Positions 43,324-50,991 of a stretch of 64,000 bases of DNA are shown one piece after another; the stretch's first letter is position 1; every line of letters begins with the position of its first letter. A model generated the notes under the pieces. The model ran no database searches. It was not told the origin of the DNA and worked only from the letters and a program-made list of their open reading frames with translations. A program made the translations under genes and the position numbers. The stretch is taken from positions 41,935 through 105,934 of the forward strand of contig JAGCBP010000020.1 in the NCBI GenBank assembly GCA_017652105.1, given 5' to 3'. Origin of the DNA: Candidatus Saccharimonadota bacterium. Its GTDB lineage: Bacteria; Patescibacteriota; Saccharimonadia; Saccharimonadales; Saccharimonadaceae.

Positions 43324-44778
43324 TTATTTCTTAAGACTGTTCCTTCTGTTCTTTGCTATTATGCCAAATGCTAATGCACCAATTGCTGTGAATGCGATTG
43401 CGCCAGTAATGAGATAATCTTGTCTAGACATATTGAGTCCTTCAAAGAAGCTACCAGTGTCTGGTACGATTACCGGAGCGCTACCACTTTCGTAGGTAAC
43501 TCTATAAGTAGTAGCACTACCAACAAGATTACCATTTCCGTCACGGTAAGTAATTACAGCTCTATATTCGCCATCTTCTAGACCTTCAAATGGAATATTG
43601 AATTCACCATCTTCATAGCCGTTTGGAATAGTATAGAGTAAATTACCATCTTTGTCGTATACATATACAGTACCAGTTTCGCGATCCACTCTTAAAGTCC
43701 TTACGATATTACCATCCTCATCATAAATTGTCACATCGATAGTTTCTACTACATCCACTTCTCCTGGAATATCCGGATCGACATGGCCATCGGTTATTGT
43801 AAATGGCTTAGTTGTGGTATTAATCTTTTCTCCAGCAACATTGAAATAATCCATAATCATTACATAATTGCCAGCTGGCAAATTACTTACATTGATAGGA
43901 GCAGTTTGGCCCGGTGTAGGATTATCCAAAGAGTCAGTCAATACGACATTGCCGGCTTCATCTTTAACGGTAAAGTCGATTCGACCAATAGTTTCATCCT
44001 GTGGCTCGATTGGCTCACTAATAGTGCTACCACCACCACCTCTATTAATTGTGAAAATCTTAGTAGTTCTATCGATTACAGTACCATTTGCGTCTCTGCT
44101 GATAACTTCCATTAAATAAGTACCATTAGGAAGGGCAGTAAGATCTATACTGTCGGTACTAGCTGGGTTATCGATATTTATAGGCCCATACAAATGATTT
44201 TGCCCGCTTTCATCGTAGATATCAACAGTTGCCGAAGCTACTTCTACCGTAGGAATATCAGGCTTAACTGGCACATCGCCACCGTCACCAGGATTTATAG
44301 GCTCATCTGGCCCTGGTTCTGGCCCTGGTTCTGGACTAGGGTTTTCATAACTAATCTGCAAGTATCTCTCAAGAGGCGTATTGTTCTCATCTAAGCCTGT
44401 TACGGTGATAACAAAATCACCATATCCACCATATGTATCGAAATTTAAATCAAAATCCTTTTGTCCAGATTCACCACCAACGTTCTCGCTCCAAAATGTA
44501 CTAGTGCCACCACCTGATTTAGCTATCGTACCAGTCATTTGATATAGTTTATTATAAGTTACTTTTAGACTATATGCCGGACTAGTTACGGTACCACCTT
44601 CAGAAGGTGTCAATAGTAACGTCGGCTCGGTAGTCGAAGTAACATATACTGATATTTGGTCGGATACTCCCATTACTGCTGAGGCTATAGGCGACGGCAT
44701 TACTGCTGCGACAGTAGTAACCGCGGCCACCAAACCTAATCCTGTAAAGCCGAGTATCTTTTTGTGTGTTTTTTTCAT
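43324..44778 (-). CDS. Surface adhesin-like protein with three CnaB-like repeats and a VPDTG sortase-type sorting signal
   Basis: Signal peptide, a PEPGPEPGPDEP linker, and three repeats of about 85 aa carrying L(P/E)xGxY motifs. VPDTG (nt 43453-43467) is followed by a TM helix and a KNRRNSLKK tail. Confidence 0.65.
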   Translation of the reverse strand: MKKTHKKILGFTGLGLVAAVTTVAAVMPSPIASAVMGVSDQISVYVTSTTEPTLLLTPSEGGTVTSPAYSLKVTYNKLYQMTGTIAKSGGGTSTFWSENVGGESGQKDFDLNFDTYGGYGDFVITVTGLDENNTPLERYLQISYENPSPEPGPEPGPDEPINPGDGGDVPVKPDIPTVEVASATVDIYDESGQNHLYGPINIDNPASTDSIDLTALPNGTYLMEVISRDANGTVIDRTTKIFTINRGGGGSTISEPIEPQDETIGRIDFTVKDEAGNVVLTDSLDNPTPGQTAPINVSNLPAGNYVMIMDYFNVAGEKINTTTKPFTITDGHVDPDIPGEVDVVETIDVTIYDEDGNIVRTLRVDRETGTVYVYDKDGNLLYTIPNGYEDGEFNIPFEGLEDGEYRAVITYRDGNGNLVGSATTYRVTYESGSAPVIVPDTGSFFEGLNMSRQDYLITGAIAFTAIGALAFGIIAKNRRNSLKK

Positions 44779-44850
44779 ACACTCTACTTCCTTTTTTATT
44801 TGATATTTTTGTTTTGGTTTTGCAAATCTCCTAGTATCAGGAGTGTCAGC

Positions 44851-45849
44851 CTAAGCCATGAACTTGGACCGACGTTCTTTGCGTCTCCTAACCATAATTA
44901 TAATCCACACAATTACGATTGTCAATAGCAAAATTGCAAGAATTATCAGGGCTGGCGGCATAATAATAATAAATTTCGTAATAGTTTCGCTTTCGGAAGC
45001 GCCCGCCGTTACAGTCCATTCTACATTAAAGATCCCAAAAAACGGTGTGTCATCCCAGCTGTCGGATACGCTAAGCTCGGTCTCTGGGATAATAGAAACT
45101 CTAGATTTAGTAGAATTTCCTGGTGTTTCGTAATATATTTGGCCAAAAATCCCTGTTACCTTGAGTTTGCCCGAAGCCATAAAATCTACATTTCCGGTGT
45201 TTTTGACTTTAGCAGTACCGTTAATGATAGTTTTTTCTGAATTGTCCACTATCAAATTGTTCTTGATCGACAAAGCTGTAATCTCTCCGGATATGTTGGT
45301 CTCACCTTCCGCGCGTCCGTAGACCACTAGGCCTGGACTTGCTTCGGTCTTGATACCGCTAGAGCTATCTACGCTAGAAAGCGTATGGGCAAAAAGTACA
45401 GCGTATTGCCCGCCCGCCGGTATGCTAGCCGGAGTGCTAATCCGATAAGACACTTCAACGCTACTATTAGGATCTGCTGTAAAATTGGCCTTTTCTACAT
45501 AATTCCCATTTGTATCTTGAAAAGTAATCCATCGAACAATCTGAGTGTAAGTATTCTCCTTGTTAAATCCTAGTTTGTAAGCATCCTCTTCCTCGGAATA
45601 GTTATAGGCATACGGAGCGGCGTATACCTCAAAATTCATTGGCGAATTACCGTTGTTAGTAATTTTAAAAACATCATCATAGGTAGAATTAGCGACGAGC
45701 TGTAAGATTTTGCTTACAGGGCTAATACTAATACTCGTGCCGGTGGTGTTCTCTGAATCATCAGCGTATGCAGCACCTCCACTAACAAGGCTAAAGCCTA
45801 GCGCAAAAACCAATATTCCCACCGCAAACTTACGAATTATACTCTTCAT
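44851..45849 (-). CDS. Cell-surface protein with signal peptide and C-terminal TM anchor (DUF916/CscA-like, tentative); paralog of 17470-18426
   Basis: Shares the WIT, GGQYA, SGEITxLS, NTGNV and TPxxGxFN blocks with the cassette A protein. C-terminal TM helix plus RRRKERR tail. SD AAAGGAGGTAG. Confidence 0.6.
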   Translation of the reverse strand: MKSIIRKFAVGILVFALGFSLVSGGAAYADDSENTTGTSISISPVSKILQLVANSTYDDVFKITNNGNSPMNFEVYAAPYAYNYSEEEDAYKLGFNKENTYTQIVRWITFQDTNGNYVEKANFTADPNSSVEVSYRISTPASIPAGGQYAVLFAHTLSSVDSSSGIKTEASPGLVVYGRAEGETNISGEITALSIKNNLIVDNSEKTIINGTAKVKNTGNVDFMASGKLKVTGIFGQIYYETPGNSTKSRVSIIPETELSVSDSWDDTPFFGIFNVEWTVTAGASESETITKFIIIMPPALIILAILLLTIVIVWIIIMVRRRKERRSKFMA

Positions 45850-45870
45850 CTACCTCCTTTATTTTTTACA

Positions 45871-45899
45871 ATTATACCAAACCACCAGAACTTTGTAAA
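45871..45899 (-). promoter_or_regulatory. Promoter TTTACA-17-TGgTATAAT for surface cassette B
   Basis: -10 at 45871-45876 and -35 at 45894-45899 on the minus strand. Confidence 0.65.
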
Positions 45900-45915
45900 T
45901 ACAAAATCAAGAAAG

Positions 45916-45926
45916 TGTGATATAAT
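45916..45926 (+). promoter_or_regulatory. Extended -10 TGTGaTATAAT for tRNA-Leu(GAG)
   Basis: The box ends 10 nt before the mature tRNA 5' end at 45937. Confidence 0.6.
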
Positions 45927-45936
45927 ATATATACAA

Positions 45937-46027
45937 GCGCGCGTGGTGGAATTGGTAGACACGCTACCTTGAGGTGGTAGTGGCCACATTCACGGCTGTG
46001 CTGGTTCAAGTCCAGTCGCGCGCACCA
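45937..46027 (+). tRNA. tRNA-Leu (anticodon GAG), type II, CCA encoded
   Basis: Acceptor GCGCGCG/CGCGCGC, discriminator A, CCA. Anticodon stem CTACC/GGTAG with loop TTGAGGT. Long variable arm. T-loop TTCAAGT. Confidence 0.9.
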
Positions 46028-46039
46028 CCAATTTAAGAT

Positions 46040-46066
46040 CCAGACTCTACGGGGTCTGATTTTTTG
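46040..46066 (+). terminator. Terminator after tRNA-Leu(GAG)
   Basis: Stem CAGACTC/GGGTCTG (with one wobble pair) followed by ATTTTTT. Overlaps the 3' end of the substrate-binding protein (SBP) gene. Confidence 0.55.
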
Positions 46067-47783
46067 TGCCTTTATTAACCGCCCAATCGTTCACATCAAG
46101 AAATCTGTCCAAATCGTTTACGAGGATATTAGAGTCGTTATAAGTCAGTACGTTTTTATTATATATATATGTCATATTTGCCTGATATAGACCAATTGCC
46201 GGTACGTCAGTCACCCAATATTCCAAGAATTTTTCGTATTTACGTGCGCGTAAGTTCTCATCCGTTGCTCCTCTTGCCCCTACCAAGAGATCATCCACCA
46301 AAGAGTTCCGATAATTTGACAAATTTAACCCCGCCGCTTTGGCTTGCGAGGAATGGTAATATGGCAAAGGATCCGGATCGCTACCAAGTTCAATTTCGTA
46401 AATCAAAATATCGTAATTTCTCTTAGAAATAATATTTGCCACAAATTCCTGACTCTCAGTATACGGCGTTACGCTACACTCGATACCAAGCGCCCTGAGA
46501 TTTTCCGCAAATTTCTCTGCTACCTCTGGTAAATAACCGGAATCTACCGTCGCAATCTCTAGATGGGTGGTCTCACCGCCAGTTAATTCCTCGATTTTAG
46601 CCTTGGCTTCGATATCATTCTCTGGCGGTATGGTCGGAAAATTAGAGAGTACAATCTGAGAATCCAAAATCGGAAAATCTAGTGGCTTTGTCCCCGGTGA
46701 AACAGAGCGGATCTCGGCTAGATTCAAACCTTGACGAATCGCTCGCCTAAAATCCACATTGGCGAGTATAGGAGAGGAAGTGTTCAAAAAAGCGAACGCT
46801 CCCGAACTCACGCTGGTGTACCTTTTGTAGTAAGTTTTGCCAGATACTTTGTCGGCATCCTCTCCCTCTAGCTCGGCCGTTGCCGTAGCCGAAGCCGCAC
46901 CAAGCGCCGTAACTACATCCTCTTTATTATTATAAACGTGTACAGCAAAACTGCTCACCATTGGTTTGCCCAAGAAATAGTTTGCATTTGCCGTTAGATA
47001 CACTACTTTTTCATCCTCGACGCCAGTATTTTGCATGGCATTAAAAGTAAATGCGCCGGAAGTTACCGGGTCTTTAGAAAAATTCGCTTCCACCAAGGTT
47101 TTGAGCGGAACGTTTTCTAGAACATGTTTTGGTACCACCGGTATATTTAGTGCTGAGACGAAATCTGCATACGATGATGGCAAATTAAAGATGATTGCCC
47201 CATCTTCTGTCTCGGTAATTTTTACATTTTCAAGGTTAGCAGTATAAATCGTGCTAACAGCTGGATTTTGAATCAGCTGCAACGTAAAAATTACGTCATC
47301 ATTAGTAATTGGTTCCCCGTCTGACCAAACTAATCCCTCACGCAAGCGAACTTGCCAAGTTTTGCCATCGTCGGAATGAGTGATACTACTAGCTAGGCTT
47401 GGCCCTGGATGACCAGAATAATCGTCCGCCGAAAGCGTAGCAAACATCAGTTTGCTTAGTACTTTTTCGCTACTGGTGGTGGCAAACAACGGATTTAGGG
47501 AATTCACTCTCCCAACCGTAGCTTCTATGTAGGTACCACCATCTATATAAGTATCCACCGCATAGGATTCGCCAGACCAAAAGGCCTGAGCCACTGAAAG
47601 CAAAATCAGAGCAATTATTAGAAGGGCCCACTCTAAAACTAGCAGACGAATCTTTCTGATATGCGAAAGTCTTTGAATGAAATTTTCTTTGATGTGTTCC
47701 TTGCCCTCCTCACTAGCCTTAATTGAAACACGCGAAAATTTTCGTATAAACTTTTGCCCACGCTTTTTTAGTGAACCTGCCAT
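46047..47783 (-). CDS. ABC-transporter family-5 substrate-binding protein (peptide/nickel type) with an N-terminal TM anchor
   Basis: 578 aa. N-terminal basic segment plus a TM helix, then a pattern typical of family-5 SBPs. No permease or ATPase genes adjacent. Confidence 0.6.
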   Translation of the reverse strand: MAGSLKKRGQKFIRKFSRVSIKASEEGKEHIKENFIQRLSHIRKIRLLVLEWALLIIALILLSVAQAFWSGESYAVDTYIDGGTYIEATVGRVNSLNPLFATTSSEKVLSKLMFATLSADDYSGHPGPSLASSITHSDDGKTWQVRLREGLVWSDGEPITNDDVIFTLQLIQNPAVSTIYTANLENVKITETEDGAIIFNLPSSYADFVSALNIPVVPKHVLENVPLKTLVEANFSKDPVTSGAFTFNAMQNTGVEDEKVVYLTANANYFLGKPMVSSFAVHVYNNKEDVVTALGAASATATAELEGEDADKVSGKTYYKRYTSVSSGAFAFLNTSSPILANVDFRRAIRQGLNLAEIRSVSPGTKPLDFPILDSQIVLSNFPTIPPENDIEAKAKIEELTGGETTHLEIATVDSGYLPEVAEKFAENLRALGIECSVTPYTESQEFVANIISKRNYDILIYEIELGSDPDPLPYYHSSQAKAAGLNLSNYRNSLVDDLLVGARGATDENLRARKYEKFLEYWVTDVPAIGLYQANMTYIYNKNVLTYNDSNILVNDLDRFLDVNDWAVNKGTKNQTP

Positions 47784-47784
47784 T

Positions 47785-48015
47785 TTACTCCGTTGGAACT
47801 AAAAGTAATCCTAAAATTGATAATACAAAAATCACTGCAAATACGATCGTAGCAATGAATAATGATTTTTCCAGCCCACGCCTAGTGGTATATAATTCTC
47901 CTGAGCTACCAAAGCCAGCCCCGAGCGAAGCGCCTCGCTGTTGCAGTAATATTAGAAGTACGGTTAAAATCGCCGAAATTAATGTAGTTACCTGTAAAAA
48001 ACTTCCTATTTGCAT
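47785..48015 (-). CDS. secG: Preprotein translocase subunit SecG
   Basis: 76 aa, two TM helices, LLQQRGASLGAGFG motif. Confidence 0.8.
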   Translation of the reverse strand: MQIGSFLQVTTLISAILTVLLILLQQRGASLGAGFGSSGELYTTRRGLEKSLFIATIVFAVIFVLSILGLLLVPTE

Positions 48016-48036
48016 AAAATAAATAACTCCTACTGC

Positions 48037-49290
48037 CTATTTTAGCATAGATTTTCTTTTTAGCAAAGTATGATAGGTAATCGCAAAACGATGCGATTCC
48101 TCATCAATCCGCGCAATCAACCGCGCGACATGCGAAGAGCTATCTAGATTGATAATTCTACCGTCAAAATAGATTTTTACCCCTGCTGATTTGGCGTGAT
48201 TTCCCGACTTGTTTCGCCCGATTACCGGAATTTTAAACGGCGCTACTATTGGCAAAATTGCATTCACCTGCGTAATTCCCCCATCCAAAACTATTAAATC
48301 GGGGAGGTCCCACTCTTTATGCTTTAAACGTCTTTCAATCACTTCGCGCATGCTTTTAAGGTCATCCGAACCTTTGCCGCGGATTTTGAATTTTCGATAT
48401 TTATCTCTCGCCGATGCGCCGTTGATAAATACCACCATGCTTCCTACCGCATTCGTGCCGGATTGATGTGAAATGTCGTACCCTTCAATTCTCCGCGGTG
48501 GGTTCTCTAGCCCCAACATTTTTTGTAAATCAGTTAGCGCCTGATCGGAGGAAATATCCAAAAGTTCTCGATCCGAAAAGACAATTTTTTTCTCTAATTC
48601 TTTTAGCCCAGCTATTTGGTCTCTGGCTTCCGCCGCTAGCTCATATTCTCCAGCTTTGGCAGCTTCCCGCATAGTTTTTTCCAGGTTTTTGATAATATAA
48701 TTTCGCCCGCCCTTCATCACCAAAATCATTTTTCGGAGATTTTTCTTGTAATTCTCTGGTGTAGTTTTGCCGATTTCTATACCTGGCGCCAGTCCCAAAT
48801 CAGTATCAAGCGTTTTTTTGCCAGTATATGGTTTGGTATAATATGGGAAAATTCGCCTCAGAATTCGCAAGGCTTTCTCGATTGCCGTTTTGCTATAAAA
48901 CGGCCCAATGTATTCAGCGCCATCATCCATTGGAATCCGCGTAAAAGACACATAGGGTACTTCATCCTTCATGGTAATTTTTACATAAGTTACGTTCTTA
49001 TTGTCTCTTAAAAGAATGTTCCATTTTGGCATATATTGCTTGATTTTTTCGTTCTCGAGAAATAGCGCATCCATTTCTGTGTCTACGACAATCCATTCGG
49101 TATCCTCAATTTCTGAGACCAAAGCCTCGGTTTTGGGATCTTTCTTGGTTTTTTGAAAATATTGCCTTACCCGATTTTTCAAAACCGCCGCTTTACCAAC
49201 ATAAATTACCTCACCAGCCTTATTTAAGTGAAAATAAACCCCCGGGCTAGAGGGGAGTTCTTTGAGTTTTTGTTTCAATTTAGCATTCAT
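48037..49290 (-). CDS. uvrC: Excinuclease ABC subunit C, short form lacking the C-terminal (HhH)2 domain
   Basis: GIY-YIG motif (GVYFHLNKAGEVIYVGKA), UVR domain (ELAAEARDQIAGLKEL) and an EndoV-like domain ending ...DEESHRFAITYH. 417 aa. Confidence 0.85.
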   Translation of the reverse strand: MNAKLKQKLKELPSSPGVYFHLNKAGEVIYVGKAAVLKNRVRQYFQKTKKDPKTEALVSEIEDTEWIVVDTEMDALFLENEKIKQYMPKWNILLRDNKNVTYVKITMKDEVPYVSFTRIPMDDGAEYIGPFYSKTAIEKALRILRRIFPYYTKPYTGKKTLDTDLGLAPGIEIGKTTPENYKKNLRKMILVMKGGRNYIIKNLEKTMREAAKAGEYELAAEARDQIAGLKELEKKIVFSDRELLDISSDQALTDLQKMLGLENPPRRIEGYDISHQSGTNAVGSMVVFINGASARDKYRKFKIRGKGSDDLKSMREVIERRLKHKEWDLPDLIVLDGGITQVNAILPIVAPFKIPVIGRNKSGNHAKSAGVKIYFDGRIINLDSSSHVARLIARIDEESHRFAITYHTLLKRKSMLK

Positions 49291-49296
49291 AATTCT

Positions 49297-49325
49297 ATTA
49301 TATCACACTTATGCCAAAATGTCAA
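49297..49325 (-). promoter_or_regulatory. Consensus promoter TTGACA-17-TGTGaTATAAT, 6 nt upstream of the uvrC ATG (leaderless)
   Basis: -10 at 49297-49302, -35 at 49320-49325. No SD. Confidence 0.75.
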
Positions 49326-49326
49326 T

Positions 49327-49350
49327 GTCCCGAGTGCCAATCCTCGGGAC
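49327..49350 (-). terminator. Hairpin terminator after the 508-aa gene
   Basis: Stem GTCCCGAG/CTCGGGAC with an 8-nt loop. Weak U-tract. Confidence 0.45.
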
Positions 49351-49377
49351 ATCGATTAGTTTAAAAGAGATAGAACT

Positions 49378-50904
49378 TTATTGGTTTTCCCCGCTCATCA
49401 AAACATTCGTCATAAGATTATTGAGAAGTGTAGACATATTTACATATTCAGTCGGTTCATTAATCTCAATCTTTGACGGATAGGAGAGGTTGATATCCGC
49501 CGTAACAGCGGTGTAGGTATCGTCACCTGCGCTGATACTAGTGTCAAAATACACTCGTGTAAAATTATAATTATCATCAATCTCCACATAGACAGTCGGG
49601 AAACCATCAAACACCTGTTTGAGGGTATCCGCAGAAACACTGACGTTAGTGGCGGTATTATCAACACAAGCATTCAATTCATTCATAAAACCGCTACCAG
49701 ATAGGCTATTGATAAAGGCGGCCATTTTGTCGCTATCAAACCCGATTTTATACAAATCGTTTTTCACTTTTGCAATCTTAAGGTTGCTTGTAGAATAGGT
49801 AATAAACGAATTTGCCTTGTATTTATTGACCAAATCTTTGCCATAGGTCGGTAATTCTTTAAACGCACTAATTAAACAAGTCGAGGGATTGTCAAAAATA
49901 TCGAGACCTTCCATCGACTCGCCAAAGTCGCCGGATATCAAAATCCATTGATCGTCGGTGTTGTCAATTAAATTACCATAAATAGACAAAAGCCCAGCCG
50001 TAGTGGTAAGAGTTGTGGTCTCGGAAACGATTTCACCACAATTCACGTCGGTGCTTCCTACGCAATTAGACACATTTTCTGCGGTTTCGGTTTGATCTAT
50101 AGTGGCAGGCGCTATTGCTTCAAGTACAGATCTTAGGCCGCTGATCTTAAAATAAGTGTCTCCATCGCTGGTCGTAAGCTCGCTTATGTCAACGATTGCT
50201 TGTGCATCATTTGGATAATCTACTGTAGTTTTGGCATTAACTTTGTTGGCAGTTGTCGCAAGATCAAAAGTCCCATCAAAGTTGATGCTAGCATCAAAAA
50301 CATCCGGCGTGCTATAGTTGATTTTGCCTTGTGCCGACACGATGCTTGGCATCCCACCATCCAGGAGTTTGTTGATAGCCTTAGTTACCTTGTCGCCACC
50401 ATTATTCATCAAAGCAATAGCAATAGCCGCTGCCCCACAAATAATTGCCGTCATAATTAGTATAATAGCACCAATAATTAGGACTTTTTTCTTACTACCC
50501 TTTTTACCGGCCGGCTCCACAATCGAATCTTTTGGTTCGAAATTCGAGCGCTCTACTGGCGCACTGGCCGGTGTGTTAATCGGCGTGCCGATTGGCTCGA
50601 CTGGTGTATCGCTAGTTAACTCTTCGATCGAAACATCTTCCATTTCGAGCGTATCAAAATTCTGATCATCGCCAATATTGTCAGCTGGTTGATGCGATAC
50701 TGGCCGCATCATCGGATCCACGATTTTTTGATTTCTATGTTGTGGCAATGGCTTTGGCGCTGGCGCTGGAGCTGGAGCCTCTGTATAGTCCAACATCCCT
50801 GTGCCCGCAGCCGTCTCCTCAACTTTTTTCTCTGGCTTTGGGGTACTTGCAATTCCAAAACCAGGATTGAGGGGATTTGGCGTCCCTTCAGGGTTTTCGT
50901 TCAT
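49378..50904 (-). CDS. Hypothetical single-pass membrane protein with a Pro-rich N-terminal region and a large extracytoplasmic domain
   Basis: 508 aa, SD AAAGGAGGTTC, TM helix VLIIGAIILIMTAIICGAAAIAIAL. No recognisable domain. Confidence 0.55.
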   Translation of the reverse strand: MNENPEGTPNPLNPGFGIASTPKPEKKVEETAAGTGMLDYTEAPAPAPAPKPLPQHRNQKIVDPMMRPVSHQPADNIGDDQNFDTLEMEDVSIEELTSDTPVEPIGTPINTPASAPVERSNFEPKDSIVEPAGKKGSKKKVLIIGAIILIMTAIICGAAAIAIALMNNGGDKVTKAINKLLDGGMPSIVSAQGKINYSTPDVFDASINFDGTFDLATTANKVNAKTTVDYPNDAQAIVDISELTTSDGDTYFKISGLRSVLEAIAPATIDQTETAENVSNCVGSTDVNCGEIVSETTTLTTTAGLLSIYGNLIDNTDDQWILISGDFGESMEGLDIFDNPSTCLISAFKELPTYGKDLVNKYKANSFITYSTSNLKIAKVKNDLYKIGFDSDKMAAFINSLSGSGFMNELNACVDNTATNVSVSADTLKQVFDGFPTVYVEIDDNYNFTRVYFDTSISAGDDTYTAVTADINLSYPSKIEINEPTEYVNMSTLLNNLMTNVLMSGENQ

Positions 50905-50975
50905 TTTTGAACCTCCTTTAAACTACTTATTGGTACTATTTTAACATAAGTTTTTTAAAATTACCACAAGTTTTT

Positions 50976-50984
50976 TGGTATAAT
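50976..50984 (+). promoter_or_regulatory. Extended -10 TGgTATAAT 7 nt upstream of the eno ATG (leaderless)
   Basis: TGGTATAAT-AATATAT-ATG. No SD. Confidence 0.6.
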
Positions 50985-50991
50985 AATATAT

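Noticed and set aside
44307-44334. Tandem 12-nt repeat (CTGGCCCTGGTT, about 2.3 copies) in the adhesin gene as a phase-variation tract
   Set aside because: There are only about two copies and the unit is in-frame (it encodes PEPGPEPGP). It is too short to argue for slipped-strand switching and is more likely just a linker.
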